The notes beneath the pieces are model-generated. The model made no database searches and had not been told where the DNA came from. It saw only the letters and a list, made by a program, of their open reading frames with translations. A DNA stretch of 62,422 nucleotides, counting the filler, from Rhabdomonas costata (taxonomy: Eukaryota): assembly GCA_019059605.1 (NCBI GenBank). It is 32 parts of 32 records of this genome, joined end to end, with 100 filler letters (N's around TTAATTAATTAA, not from the genome) between each part and the next. Parts side by side here need not be neighbours in the genome. Positions count along the whole stretch, not along the records: positions 48,853 to 50,705 come from JAHMHO010008184.1; positions 50,806 to 52,658 come from JAHMHO010008185.1; positions 52,759 to 54,611 come from JAHMHO010008186.1; positions 54,712 to 56,562 come from JAHMHO010008187.1; positions 56,663 to 58,516 come from JAHMHO010008188.1; positions 58,617 to 60,469 come from JAHMHO010008189.1; positions 60,570 to 62,422 come from JAHMHO010008190.1; 25 more parts are not named here. One strand, written 5' to 3'. Shown piece by piece: positions 48,940 through 61,675 of this stretch. A program made the translations under genes and the position numbers. How positions within the stretch are numbered: position 1 is the first letter of the stretch; the number at the start of each line of letters is the position of its first letter.

Positions 48940-49620
48940 CTGCGCCACCCTTCGGGACTACGTGGCCCAAGCAGTGGCCAAGGGCCTTCTTGTCATGGAG
49001 GGCTTCCAAGGGTACGAGACACTGAAGCTGACCCCGCTGGGGTTGCGGTATCACCGCAAGTTTGCCGACTCAGAGCTATCCTTGCGGAACCGACGGTAGT
49101 CTGTGCCGCCGGCTGTAATGTGCTGTTTTTTCTTTTGGATGGTGTGCTTTGGCTTCAACACTTTGGGCTGTGATCCACGGTGTTCTGATGATTTCGGTGG
49201 GTTGGGTGGTGTTGATTGCGTCGGTGCATTTCCCTGCACTTGTAATGCTGCTCCTGTAATGATGCTGATGCCCGCGACAGCACCTGAGCAGTCCCTCACA
49301 CTGCAGGGCTTTACCTTGGTAATCCTGTTGTCTTACGATATGAGTGCATGGAGATGTCGGGGGTGGGTGGATGAGTGGGTACCATTGTTGTAGGGAGAAG
49401 GCGGAGCGGGCACTCGAAGAAGAGCAACAGAAACAACCCCAACTTGAAGCAGAGAAGTGGGTGAGCCGAGGAGAGCCAGCAGCAGCAGACGAAGCCGCTG
49501 CGAATGAATCCGAGGAAGAAGCAGAGGACGTTAATGAGGGAGAAGGGGAGGAGGAGGAGGGCGGGTCAAGTCCACCGGAAAACGGGACCTCACTTTCCCG
49601 AGAGAGTCTCGTGAATTTCT
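48940..49620 (+). CDS. Hypothetical protein fragment: winged-helix-like exon (48940-49095) and Glu-rich exon from 49394
   Basis: CATLRDYVAQAVAKGLLVMEGFQGYETLKLTPLG...RNRR joins in phase 2 (CG|GTAG...TGTAG|G) to EKAERALEEEQQ. Confidence 0.5.
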
Positions 49621-50147
49621 TTAGAATGGGTTGTTGGCTTGTGGAAAAGTGTCCCCTTTCTTTTTTGCCGACGCAGGCTCCGGATCCTTCCCCCTCTTGA
49701 GTGTTTCCTTGGGAAACGTCTCAAGGCCCACTTTTATGCAATCCCACCGCGGCATCTCTGCGAAGCTGAAATAAATTCCAAGAAAGTGATAAAGAGCTTC
49801 CTCCTCCATCCACACCCACCCAGAGCACTGGTCTGAATCAGCATGTGCCCCACATGGCTCTATTATACAAGGTGCGTTCGTCGGCGCAGAGGAAAGGGGC
49901 AGAAATGCGGGAAGCACCACCCCGGTGGGGCAGTCACCCGTCAACAGATGTGTGATGGGGGTTCAACCAATTGGTGTCCGTCCGTTCGTGTGCTTCTGTT
50001 TCCATTCAATCAAATGGCGCGGGTCTTACCAAATGAGAAAGTTACAGGCTCTTCACCTAGGGAGGTTGGGTTTTCCCTTCGTGCATGCGCAACGATTGCC
50101 CTTTTTCTTGAGGCCGGTGGTCACGGAGTGAGAGAGGGGGAGAGAGA

Positions 50148-50700
50148 CTTGCGGCGGCGCGGTAGAAGGCCTCGGTGCGGGAGCAGTCCGTGAAGTGCAC
50201 CCCGACGAGGTAGTGCTCGGGGTTCTCACTGACGCTGGCGACGATGACGAAGTGGTCGTCGATGAGCTGCCCCTTGGGGTTAACCACGGGCACAAACGAG
50301 ATCTTGTACCGCACCGCCTTGAGATCCACCTGTAAGTGTGTGTAAGTGTGGGAGGGGGTCGGCCAGGAATTCAAGAGCCATTGCAGAAGACAGACATCAA
50401 GAAGGGGAGCAATCCAACGGGGAGGGCAGGATGGAACGCTATCCGAGAGTGCTCGGTGCTCGGGCAAAGGGGTGTGAAACACGACGCCACTTCTCCTTCC
50501 TTGACTGTGCAAGCTGCGGCTATGACATCCGCGTGGGCATCCGCAGCTCAGCAATTCAACCATACCAAGTCACATTCGGGCAAGCATTGCAAGGAGGCTC
50601 CCCTTTCCGACACACAGACCTGGGGGTACATCGCCGCCATGACATCGTCGGCGGTGAGGCGCAGGTCGTCGCGCATCTTGCTGTCCATCCTCAACCCCCC
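50148..50700 (-). CDS. Hypothetical protein fragment (exons ~50700-50620 and 50329-~50148)
   Basis: MRDDLRLTADDVMAAMYPQ|GT...ACAG|VDLKAVRYKISFVPVVNPKGQLIDDHFVIV..., with very high GC3. Confidence 0.6.
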
Positions 50701-51143
50701 AACACNNNNNNNNNNNNNNNNNNNNNNNNNNNNNNNNNNNNNNNNNNNNTTAATTAATTAANNNNNNNNNNNNNNNNNNNNNNNNNNNNNNNNNNNNNNN
50801 NNNNNGGGGTTGTTGCTGCCTCGATAGTTTTTCTTTGTCTTCTCTGTGTCACCATACACTTTGCATCCTTGCATCTTGCTGAACATTGCAACCGTCTTGT
50901 ACTATGATGAGAGTAAAGAATCCAACAAAACACACGAGAGAGAAATTCTTTTTCTGGACAAGGCAAGTGAAGACCAACTTTGCTTCTCACCTCCATTCAA
51001 ATAAAAAGGATTGCTCTCAGTCACTTGCCCCAAAGCCCAACGCTCGACTGCCTCAGTGGAGTGCTCTACGCAGAGAGTTTTCCTGCCTCAACTGCAAGCC
51101 CTGGAAATCCTACGGAAATGATGGGTAGGACAAACACCTCCAC

Positions 51144-51679
51144 AGTTCCCACGAACGTGCTACTGGACCGCACGGAGGACATCAGGTCATGCACGACCTT
51201 GGAGGACCCGAAGTCTGCAAGCTTGGCGGTCCCTCCCACGGAGACCAGGATGTTGGCCCCTGCACAAACAAAAGCCAAAACGATACACAAAACAAACACT
51301 TGACTCCCCAATCGGATGGGGAAGCAGTGAATGCTCGCAACAGTAATGCAAACCAGGGTCAATGCCCAACGTCAAGAGTCCTCCACTTTAAGGAGGCTTC
51401 ACTTTCAGCGGGTTCCGGGAATTAACCTTTTGCAGGTTTGTTCCACACTCGCTGTATGTGACCAAGCCGCACTTAACTGACAGATGAATAAGAAACGTGG
51501 GAAACGGGGTGACGGCACACTGCTATGAACGTACCTTTGATGTCCCGGTGCAGAATGTTCTGCGAGTGCAGGTACTCAAACCCCAGCAGCACCTGGTAAA
51601 GGTACACTCGAGTGACGTCTTCCTTGAAGGGCCCGAATTGCGTCAATAGAGACGCAATGCTGCCCCCGGAGACGTACTC
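51144..51679 (-). CDS. STE11/MAP3K-type protein kinase fragment (exons 51679-51535, 51259-51144)
   Basis: EYVSGGSIASLLTQFGPF...YLHSQNILHRDIKG-ANILV...KLADFGSSK...TFVGT. The HRDIKGANIL signature spans a phase-1 GT-AG intron. Confidence 0.92.
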
Positions 51680-53636
51680 CTGACAAACAGTCACACACAT
51701 AGACATGATCAGCACACCAAACAATAGTTTTTCGTGAAAAGAATGACTCCTCGACTTTCTTGCCAGATTTTCTGTTCCCAAACTTTCGCCGCTTCTGCTC
51801 CAATTATTGGAAAACCTTAGGGAAATTGTTGTCTGGGTGCGGAAGGGTGCGAAAAGAAGCTGTGTGGTTCCCCGTTGAGGCATTTGTGCGGAGTCGCTGG
51901 GGCTCCAAGTGGGGTGGCATGGTCGTAACTATTCCGAAAGAAGGGGGAAGTTGCTGTGTGTCGGTGTCTTCGTGCCATTGCTTTTCCTGCCGCGCGCCAT
52001 GCCTTGCGTTGTGTCCATTTCTGTGCCTTTGTCCACTTTGAGGCTTCTGCTTCCCTCTCTTCGCTTCCTCGCGTCTGTTTTTTTTGTGTGACCCATACTG
52101 TTATATACTGTGCCGTTCCTTTTGTGTTGCCAACCTCTTCTCCGCCTCCGTGTATGGACAGGGCGCGCCCAAAGGAACGAACAAAGCCTGGCGAAGGGCC
52201 ATCAAAGGTCAAGGCCTCGCCAACCTGCTCGTGCATTGTTCTGACCTAGCGAGGCTGACATGCCCCCAACAACTGCTCTCTGCTCACAGCTCATGTGTGT
52301 GAATGGGAGGGGGCTCAGGAAGGCCCCTCCCAAGAAGGCGCTCATGAAAGTTTTCGAGATGGGATAGCCCTGGCCTAGTTGTCTCAGGGCATAACCCGGT
52401 GACCCAGGAGTGGTGGTCGTGGCAAGCCCCTGCTGGTCACTTGTAACGCACCCAACCTTCACCTCCTGGCGTAACGAAACTTTGGCAACTTCAGGAGAGG
52501 ATATGTATCCTCAGTATCTGCATCCTTCCCAATCGCATTTTTCTTCCCCCGTGTCGGAAAAGTTCATGTATTGACGTTTTTACTCACTCTCTGCTTATCA
52601 GACACTTGAGTACCCCTAGCCGTGATTTTTCTTCCGTTTTGGCTTTCCACCATTGGGGNNNNNNNNNNNNNNNNNNNNNNNNNNNNNNNNNNNNNNNNNN
52701 NNTTAATTAATTAANNNNNNNNNNNNNNNNNNNNNNNNNNNNNNNNNNNNNNNNNNNNTGTTTGTGGGAGGCCACAAGCCGCGAGGCGGATGCGCGGTGT
52801 GAACATAATGACTATTTGTTTAACTTGGAAGTATCTTGGGTCAGTAGGTGCGGTGGTGACGACTTCGTTGACAGTTGAGCATAATACTGAACCGGTTTTT
52901 GACGACACAAAAAGCAAACCGCGAAATATGCAAAATTGCAGAGGGTCAACAACCTGGGTTGCTGTTTTATGGCGGAAGGGCAGGTGTGTCTGCAGCTTCA
53001 CTCAGCTTCTGTCTGGTCGGCAGAGTAAAAATTGAGATGAGGAGCTCCGTTTTTATTTTTCATTCAACTATTTGCCTAAGACGGCGAAGACTGCTGATGG
53101 AAACATGAATTGGAAGCGGACAATTTTCTGCAATGTGAGCTTTTTTCTGCGAAAACACGCCAACCAGCAATACAAGCGGGGTTGCAATAAGTACAAGAAT
53201 AAGGCGGTCTGGTAGCAGAAGCCTGAAGGGTGTAAAGAATATTTCACTAGTTTGAGCAGCAAAAACCCCACGGCACTGAGGCAGCAGGGGTCAGCACTAT
53301 TGCAGTGGCAGTGCAGCACAAACAAACATGGCGCCAGCACACCGAAGACAACGGAAATCAGTGGCGCAGAGAATTCAGGAACAACAGAAGAAGTGCTTAG
53401 AAAGGTGACAGAACCCAAACCCTGAAACCCGTTCACCGGCGGACCTCGGCGCGAGATATCAACACCTTCAGCAGTATTTCAGATTTGGTGTGGTCGGAAT
53501 TTTCGCGGAGGTCGTAAATCTTGCTGCTTCCCATCAAGAGGATTGACAACTTTCAGACTGTCTTGTGGTGTCCCGCTTGTGACAGACTGCCCAGGTCGTT
53601 TTCATCTTTTTTTCTTCAAATTTTTTCATTGCACAG

Positions 53637-53798
53637 CCGAACTTTGGAGACGGAACTCAGCGGAGCTGTTGCGGACCTGCAGCTGCGGCTCAATGAGCTC
53701 CGGGCGACCGTACAGGAGGTGCAGGGGCAGGCACAGCAATGCGTGACCGACCGCAAGGCGCTTCGCAAGGCCTGCAAAGCCCATGACGGAACTCTTGG
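53637..53798 (+). CDS. Coiled-coil internal exon
   Basis: After polypyrimidine-CACAG: RTLETELSGAVADLQLRLNELRATVQEVQGQAQQ..., ending at a GT donor. Confidence 0.5.
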
Positions 53799-54197
53799 TC
53801 CGTGCCTTACATTGAAAATAAGAGTGAAGATCGGAGAATTGGGCGGCGCCGTGCACTAAAAATGAGCGACTGTCGAGACTTGGCAGAGGCTGAGTCGGGG
53901 TGCGGTTTTTTGTTCCCATTCCATCCCGTTTTCTTCTGGCATAGAGCATAAATCAACACAAACAGAACACAAATCAGCGTTTTCTTCGTCATTTTTGTCT
54001 TAATCTTCTGCTGAAAAGCGTCACCAGACACGATTGTGTGGTTATTTCGGGCGTTGGGATACACCCCAAGTCCCAAAGTCGAATGAATTTTTTGAAGGCT
54101 GCCCACCCGCAACATGCAGTTACCGGCCAAAGGGAGGAATGACCGGCGCGCAGCGAATTTGTGCAGCAAGGCCCAAAGTCCAAGGTCCGCGGCACGC

Positions 54198-54279
54198 GGA
54201 AAGTTGCAAAGCAAAGAGGAAAGTTGCAAAGCAAAGAGGAAGTTGCAAAGCAAAGAGGAAAGCACAGAGGAAAGCTGCA
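54198..54279. repeat. Tandem repeat of about 20 bp (GGAAAGTTGCAAAGCAAAGA), 3 copies plus degenerate partials
   Basis: Direct read. Confidence 0.85.
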
Positions 54280-54827
54280 GTCTGTGATTGGTGTACCTTT
54301 TCGAACAAAGCAACTTCGGTGATATATAACCCCTCCCTTGTTTAGCAACTTCTTATTCTTGCGAAATCCACACGCGAATCCGAAACCCCGACCCTCCAAC
54401 CCTCCGACCCTGACCTTCCAACCCTCCCACGTCACGCACACACCCCACCATCACCGTCACCATCACCATGACGACTGAATCGCGAACTCACCACCCTTAC
54501 GCAGACCCTCACCTGACCCTCTGACTCCAATGCAAATCCCACGCCACCGTCACCGTCACCCCTCACCCACAACCCTCACCCCACCCACCTTACGCCGATT
54601 CCTGACCCACANNNNNNNNNNNNNNNNNNNNNNNNNNNNNNNNNNNNNNNNNNNNTTAATTAATTAANNNNNNNNNNNNNNNNNNNNNNNNNNNNNNNNN
54701 NNNNNNNNNNNTTTGTTTGGCAAACTTATGAGGCTCTCGTTTGTTGTGCCTTTGTGTGCAAAAATGAGACTCTTTCGGACTTATTAGAGTTTTCTCTCCG
54801 AAAAAACTACACTGAGCTACAAAGAGG

Positions 54828-54860
<33 letters not shown>

Positions 54861-55289
54861 TTGTTCTGGAAAGCATACCCAAAAAAAACATTGTCAGCTG
54901 AGCTCGTTGGAATCCCAAAGCACCTGAACTGTGCCCTTATCTTAATCTGAGTCTCTTTTCACACCCAGTTTTGGCAATTTTTGGTCTGAATTCGGGTTTT
55001 CAGGAGTTTTACAGGGGAGAAACTGGTGTTTGGTGTGCACCAGATTGATCACAATCCTAGTTCGCCAAATAAAAGTGTCCACCGCGATACTACAGCCTTT
55101 GTGCCTGCACAACGTGGGCCGGCTTGTTTATTTCTCCCGAATTTCTTGTATTTTGGCACACAGTTGAAGTTTTGATACATCAGTTTGAACCAAGCACGAA
55201 TCATCCCATGGGAAGCTGGTGTTTCTGCGAATGGTGGTGACATCAGGTTCTTTACATGTGTTTTTGTCCTGCTCCGGTTCTCTTCGCAG

Positions 55290-56365
55290 CTGGTGGCGGC
55301 GCTGTATCCTCACTTCGCGTCCGAGCAAATTTTGCATGGAGAAAGGCACATTGTTCTGTATCTTCCGGAGGTGTGTGTTTGTGTGTGTGTGAGCGTGTGT
55401 TGAGGTTAGGGGTTACAGAGGGGATGCTCACAGCATCAAGAAAAAAGATTGCTTTCTCTAATCATTTTGTTTTATATAAGTCATGCTCCGGTCATTATCC
55501 TCACTATCAAGTTTCGAACAGTGAGAAAGTCCACTGCAAAACCCTCACTTGCTTCTCTGTGAACGCCGCAGTTTTTTATCGGATCAAAGCGTTTTTCGGA
55601 AAACTTGGTCAGCAGAAAATTAGCGCAACAACAAAATTCATGGGGCCTTGTCTAGCTTTTAGTGCAGCTTTGCGTATGGCAGTCGTTTTGGCGCTGTTGC
55701 ACACCCCAGGCTTCCCCAGGATATGCCTTTCCAAAGATATAGCATCTCCTTTTTTCCCTTTATATACAAAGTTAATCATGCAGTCGTTACGCGTTTGCAG
55801 GCCACGGTGTTTTTTTCCGATATCTGCAACTTCACGGCCACATCCGTGAATTTGGTGGCCATGGAGTTGGTGGAGTGGATCGGCTATACCTTTGGTACGT
55901 GGGCGGTAGTCACAGTTGCAGGGGAATTATGACTCTGCTGTTCGGGATTACAGGAATGACGTCCCGCCAGCTGCTGTGTGGGGAGTGTTTTTGTTCGCTC
56001 TTTACTCCGTAACCTTGGTTTTCTTTGCGCGTTGGCGTGCTTCTAGGGTCTTCATTTCCCATTTTAAGGTCAAAGCACCATCAAAGATGTCAGCTAATAG
56101 CTTTCTCAGAGTGTATTTTGATTTTGCATGTTGTTTCACTCTGTTTGGCAGTGCATACTTGGTGTTTCTGTCGCGTTTGATTTGCTCTGGGATTCAGTTT
56201 CATAATGGTCACATCTACTCTCTCTTTTTCTGGCCAGGTTTTCCACTTTTCCCGAATGCTCGCCCCACACAGTGTACATTTACTCATTTAGGAATCTCTT
56301 CTATCAAACAGGAGCGATGGACGTGATTGCGGAGTACTTCAAGATATACAAGATCAAGACCATTG
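55290..56365 (+). CDS. Class III adenylyl/guanylyl cyclase, start of catalytic domain (exons 55290-55370, 55801-55894, 56312-56365)
   Basis: LVAALYPHFASEQILHGERHIVLYLPE-ATVFFSDICNFTATSVNLVAMELVEWIGYTF-GAMDVIAEYFKIYKIKTIG contains the FSDIxxFT and YKxKTIG(D) motifs. Junctions are GT-AG and in phase. Confidence 0.9.
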
Positions 56366-56772
56366 GTATTCAGAGGGCGATGAAGAGCTCATCCTTTCGT
56401 GTTGTCTCTTTTGTCACTTATCGTTTTTCCGATTTAAGCAATCTCGTTTTCAGCGGGTTTTTTCCTTTTCACGATTATTTGTTTTGGCATCGATAGGAGA
56501 GTCGCTGTCCTCTTTTCGTTTGCAGGGGATGCCAAAACAAATAATCGTGAAAAACAAAAAACNNNNNNNNNNNNNNNNNNNNNNNNNNNNNNNNNNNNNN
56601 NNNNNNTTAATTAATTAANNNNNNNNNNNNNNNNNNNNNNNNNNNNNNNNNNNNNNNNNNNNCACACACACTCTCTCTCAAGGAGGGATGGTTGTTTTTT
56701 TATGCCTTGAGGATGTCAACATTTTATTGAAGTTAAACAGAGAGAGTGTCCAATTTGGAATGCCGGAAAAAG

Positions 56773-56986
56773 GCGATAGTGAACACTATCAGAACAGCAT
56801 AGTAAACACTATCAACACTATTGCTTTATTATTGTCTTTTACAAAGCGATAGTGAGTCAAAAAGACGACAGTAAACACTATCGTATTTTTGAAAGACGAT
56901 AGTAACGCATAAAAGACGATGGTGTTTACTATCGTCTTTTAAAAGGTGATAGTGAACACTATCGTATTTTTGACCTCACTATCACC
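56773..56986. repeat. Array of short palindromes (GATAGT-RAAC-ACTATC) in both orientations
   Basis: About 5-6 copies, e.g. GATAGTGAACACTATC, CATAGTAAACACTATC, GACGACAGTAAACACTATCGT and the inverted GACGATGGTGTTTACTATCGTC. Confidence 0.8.
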
Positions 56987-57974
56987 AGGGAGGGGAGGGG
57001 ACAGACCAGGCCCGACCGGTGGCACGTTGCAAACACGACTATTTTGGATTTAGGACATTGAACTACCACCTGACTTACAGGGAGAGGGGTGGGATTGACC
57101 ATAACCCTCCCCACCTCACGAGTTATAACCAGTGTTAATTGCCTCAGTTTTTGGTCTTGGTGATGCCACAGGTAGGGTGCCCATTTTCTCCCTCTCCTTT
57201 TGTGTCTTGCTTTCCTTCCACTTTCACGTCCCCTCCAACAGAAAAATGCCTTGTTCATTGCTTTTGTTGGCTTTCTTCCTTTCCCCTTTGCACTCGGTTG
57301 CGGTGGACGATGCGCTGTTCGCCTTTCAGTCGGGGCCTGTTACGGACATCAGCAACCGCATTTACAACAGGACTGTTCTTGTTTTTGGTGTTGTGTTGGC
57401 GTCAACGTCCGCTGCACCATCTTGTGCCAAATGGGAAACAGGAATTAGGAAGTTCGAGTCTTGCTCGCTCCCTTGAGGCTAGTCTTCTGGACCGCAATGC
57501 AGGCGGGTTTTCCTATCGCACGGTGCCCCAAGATCCTAGGTGCTAAGACAGGAGTGAGTGTCATGACGAAGGCAAATTCCTCAAGCAGGGATCGTTGTTC
57601 TTGGATGCCTGGATAATGTCAACATTGAAGTTAAACTGTGAGACTGTCCGATTTGGGATGCTTTCCAAAGCCGATAGTGAGTCAAAAATACGACAGCAAA
57701 CACTTTTTAGAGTGGTGGTTACTCTCGAGTTTCCACTCAAACGCGCGCTAGCGAAAACAAGAGAGCAAATGGGGACGTCGTCACTCACAAGAAACCTGCA
57801 CATGACAACAACCGCAAAGTCTGTCATGAACAGTTGGTTTCTGTCTCTGTCCACGCACAAGAACTGTACATACACAGGTCACCTCTTTCCCGCCCGTATC
57901 GTATCCTGCTCACACCCACCACCTCAAGGAACCCCTCAAGGAAGGGGACAGGACAGGGGTGTTCTGCCCTTACC

Positions 57975-58445
57975 GCAGCCCCATGGCCGGGCTGTAGCAC
58001 CACTCGCATCTCCTTCAGCAAGCAGCCCATTGGCGCGCCCTGCCTAAGGAGCTCGCACCCGAAGGCGTGGTTCCATCGGTGCTTGGGATAGCCTCGCTGC
58101 CCCATGAACCTCACCGCCTGGTGGATGGAGGCCGGAAGACCTCCAACGCCAGGGTCCGTGTACGCACCAGCTTGGAGGCCAGCCCAGCCAGCTGTACGCG
58201 CAGCAGAGCAGGCGCACGCGGATCCTGCAACTCAGCCCAGGTTCTCACGTCGCCACTCTCACCCTGGCGATCGGCGTCCGTGCGACACGCCAAGGTGGCC
58301 TTCACCACGGCTTCGCTCCTCCAGTGCAGCCGCAGCTCCAGGCACCGCGCGACTCTGCCTGCCCGTTCAAATCCCACGGGCATCCGCAGCAGTTCACTCA
58401 GCTCCACCGCAGTCCTATCCCGGTCAGCAGCACTTCTCTCTAAAG
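57975..58445 (-). CDS. Hypothetical protein fragment, two exons probably separated by an intron of about 50 nt
   Basis: Frame A (...LLRVQLAGLASKL) joins frame B (AVRFMGQRGYPKHRWNH...GHGAA|GTAAG) if GTGCGT...CCACCAG is spliced out. Confidence 0.45.
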
Positions 58446-59214
58446 GCACCACAATGAAAAAGCTATCTCTATAGCGGCCTGTGGGGAGCCCACCAAGGGA
58501 GGGTGGCCACACCCCCNNNNNNNNNNNNNNNNNNNNNNNNNNNNNNNNNNNNNNNNNNNNTTAATTAATTAANNNNNNNNNNNNNNNNNNNNNNNNNNNN
58601 NNNNNNNNNNNNNNNNGGTGGTGTGGGTCGGTCGAAAATGCAAAATAAGAACAGCTAATTTTGCAGACTGCACTTTTTCCCAGCCCTGTTAAGAGCCGGG
58701 GTGCGGCGACCCAAGGCGATTATAACCTTTTGTTTGGTGACCGACCCCTGAATCAACGGCCGTTGGGGCTCGGGCGCCCCACCAGCGTGCTGTCCGCCGC
58801 TGCAGGAGCCTCATGTCTGTGGCGGGTGGGAGGGTGTGACCTCCTCTGGGCTGTAGAAAAACCTGTTTCTTTTCATAGAAACCAAAAACGTTTTTAGATT
58901 ATAACCTCTTTTCCTTTGAGGATGTCTCCCGGGACATAGGAGACCAGAGGTCACGCCCACAACCAAGCCTCGCTGATCAAAGCAAACAAAAAGTTCTTTC
59001 CCACCTGGAGGGATTGATTATAACCATGGTGTTTTCTTTACAGCCCTGCCTCCCACTCCCTCGCTTTCTATGCTGTCGGGAGAAAACAAACGTTTCCGAA
59101 GGAAATCTCTATCACTCAATTTGAATAAATCATGACTAACTTGAAAACATGCTTTGCTCCAAAACACAAAAACACAGCAAAGACACTTTGCGCACAGCCT
59201 TGTCTCCCGCATCA

Positions 59215-60065
59215 ACAGAACACCCAGACTTTGAATAAGTGGTGAAAGCATTCCTGAAAAGGAGCCACAAAAGCAGTAGAAGTGGAGCCGGGGACCGCAG
59301 CAGAGGCGACATCCAGAAAGTGCTCTGTGGCCTTGTTCAGCCCCGCGTTGTCGCCCACTCCAACAGGGAAAACTCCGAGAATCATAGCGAAGTTTGCTGC
59401 AAGCATGTCAGGAACGCTAAGCCGAAGCTTTTTTCAATGTCTCCAAGAAATTATATAGAATGCGCCAGCTACCAAACTCTGTGCCCTAGGCTGGCGGAAC
59501 CGGGGGGGACCGTAAACTGTTTACAAAATGCAACGCGAAACGGTCGGGGTTGAACCATCCCATATTTTTTGAATACACAAAACAAGGAGAAAAAACAAGA
59601 GAAGACAAGGAGAACGAGGATGAAAATAAAGGAGGGTTTCCCAAAAAGGCGTTTTCGTTTCCTTTGCGACCATCATGTGCCGCCTGCGCCACGCCTGAGT
59701 CTGAAGTCACAAAATCCCTGAATGCTAAAACACCTGTTGGAGATTCCGGCGTATTCTGCCCTGCAGCGACTCCCACACGAGAACCAGGTTCCACCGTCTT
59801 GTTCGAAGAGCCCGCGAGCTCAAGAGAACGAGGAATCGTCCAATGCTCGGGGTCGATGCGCAACGGCATGGTGGAAATTCGGCACAAGCTCTTCACGTCA
59901 AACAGTGCAATGACATAGGACCCGGGCCGAGGAGGCACCCGAAGAGAGAGCTCACCATGAGATGACCTCACCTCAGGCAACCGAGGAAAGCCTCCTGAAG
60001 TGTCACCAGGGATGAGAGCAGCCCGCCAAGAAGAGTTTTCCGGCTGGCCAGCCCAAATAATCTGC
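59215..60065 (-). CDS. Hypothetical protein fragment with possible repeated Ig-like/beta-sandwich modules
   Basis: Open GC3-biased frames: 'GELSLRVPPRPGSYVIALFD' and 'ILGVFPVGVGDN...TAFVAP'. Confidence 0.35.
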
Positions 60066-61291
60066 CGTGAGATTAAAGTACCTAAAAAAACAGCAAGCGA
60101 AAAAGCAATCTCGAATCCTCAGTTTGCATTCAGCTGCTTGAATGACGGATGCCCGAGGAGCGCTTAAAGGACTGCGGAATTAAAATGGAAATCAGTGTAG
60201 TTTCTGCAACCCCCCCACCCAAAAAAAAGGCGGGAAAGCTAAGCTTGTAAAGCTGCAAGGCTGTTAATCGAAAATGACTCACAGCAACCAACTCCAACGT
60301 GCGCGCGCAGTGGAAATTCTCTATCACGCCGTTCCACGTTATATTTATTCTCAGGAAAATGATGACCTTAACTCCAATACAAGGGGAGGGGCGCCGCATC
60401 CAAACCCTCCCAGACCCCCTGTAAGGCTCCTTATCCCCTAAAAAGGTAAAGCCCAGCGAAACCACACAANNNNNNNNNNNNNNNNNNNNNNNNNNNNNNN
60501 NNNNNNNNNNNNNTTAATTAATTAANNNNNNNNNNNNNNNNNNNNNNNNNNNNNNNNNNNNNNNNNNNNGGTTGGTTGTCTTTCAATTTTTTCTTCCGAA
60601 GCTCCTTTGGGGATGCGGCTGGGAACTTTAGCTGAGGTGGGGACAATTGGTGGAGGCCCGGCTTCCTGCCACATCTATTTTTGGTACTACACTTGCTTTA
60701 GTGGTTCTACATTCACTGCACTTGTCTTCGGTAGTACAGTTCCGTTTTAGTCACAATCTCTGTAAACGTGCTCGGTTAGATTGCTCCGGCAATTTCGCTC
60801 CCTCCAGCCGTTCCATTGCAAAAGTTGAATCCAAATCACCTTTCCGCAGCAGGCTCGCTGCAACCTGTGGCCTTTCTGGCGAATTGCCTTTCCTTGGTGT
60901 GGTGGGGATCCTCGACCTTCCACTTATATATGTCCCATTTTCCCTGGAGAAGGGGACATATATACTAACGGAAGAAAGAAACCGTCTGTGCCAAAAACGT
61001 GTCCCCCAATGGCTGAGAAGCTGCCGGTTTATCAGGCGGGGAAAGAGATGGTTCGCCTGAAATCTTTTATCAGATGGCCGAAAAGAAATCACAAGTCCAA
61101 TATATCTTGATTAACCAAAGAAGGAGTCTGCGCTGATCTGGTGGGAAACCACCCTGTTCAGGTGACCATACACACTCGCATATCGTCGCGTCCACCGCGG
61201 CGCTTCCGTGAACACCAACCATTTAATTGAAACCACGGCCATTAAATACCGTGGCCCATCTATTTCCGCTTATGTCCTGATTTGTCTATCA

Positions 61292-61600
61292 GCTGAGCGG
61301 TGCAAGCCAGGACCAGAAAGTCGCTCCAATGTCAGTGTGGCTGGGTGAGGATCCAACAAGCCGCTGGTTCATGGTGATGAATTGTGTGATGTCCGTGCCG
61401 AACCATCTAGACAGGGAACTTTTGTATGAATTTTGGCAGGCACACAAGTCATGCCGTGACCGGACCATAAGTTCGGACCCCTCGTGTGTGGCGCCCTGCC
61501 TCCAATTGGAGGTGGTGGACAACGGCCGGCCTCCTCCAGGCCTGCCGGCGAACAGCGCCAGACCCCGGCAGCCCGGACCACTGGTTTCCTCCACACCCGG
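61292..61600 (+). CDS. Hypothetical exon(s)
   Basis: After the TATCAG acceptor the frame is open: ERCKPGPESRSNVSVWLGEDPTSRWFMVMNCVMSVPNHLDRELLYEFWQAHK... Confidence 0.4.
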
Positions 61601-61607
61601 CCCAACC

Positions 61608-61675
61608 GCTCTTCCTCTTCCTCTTCTTTTTCCTCTTCCTCTTCCTCTTCCTCTTCCTCTTCCTCTTCCTCTTCC
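61608..61675. repeat. (CTCTTC)n hexanucleotide microsatellite
   Basis: Direct read. Confidence 0.92.

Noticed and set aside
55916..56326. 136-aa hydrophobic ORF resembling a membrane protein
   Set aside because: It lies mostly within the T-rich intron of the nucleotidyl cyclase gene.
56466..56553. Inverted repeat of about 26 bp
   Set aside because: The right arm is the contig end, same artefact class.
56773..56986. CRISPR-like array
   Set aside because: Units occur in both orientations with irregular, non-unique spacers, in a eukaryotic context with no cas genes.
1855..60569. Regularly spaced TTAATTAATTAA motif that looks like an array, and any gene cluster spanning contigs
   Set aside because: Artificial six-frame-stop linkers inside N runs. 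Adjacent contigs are unrelated.
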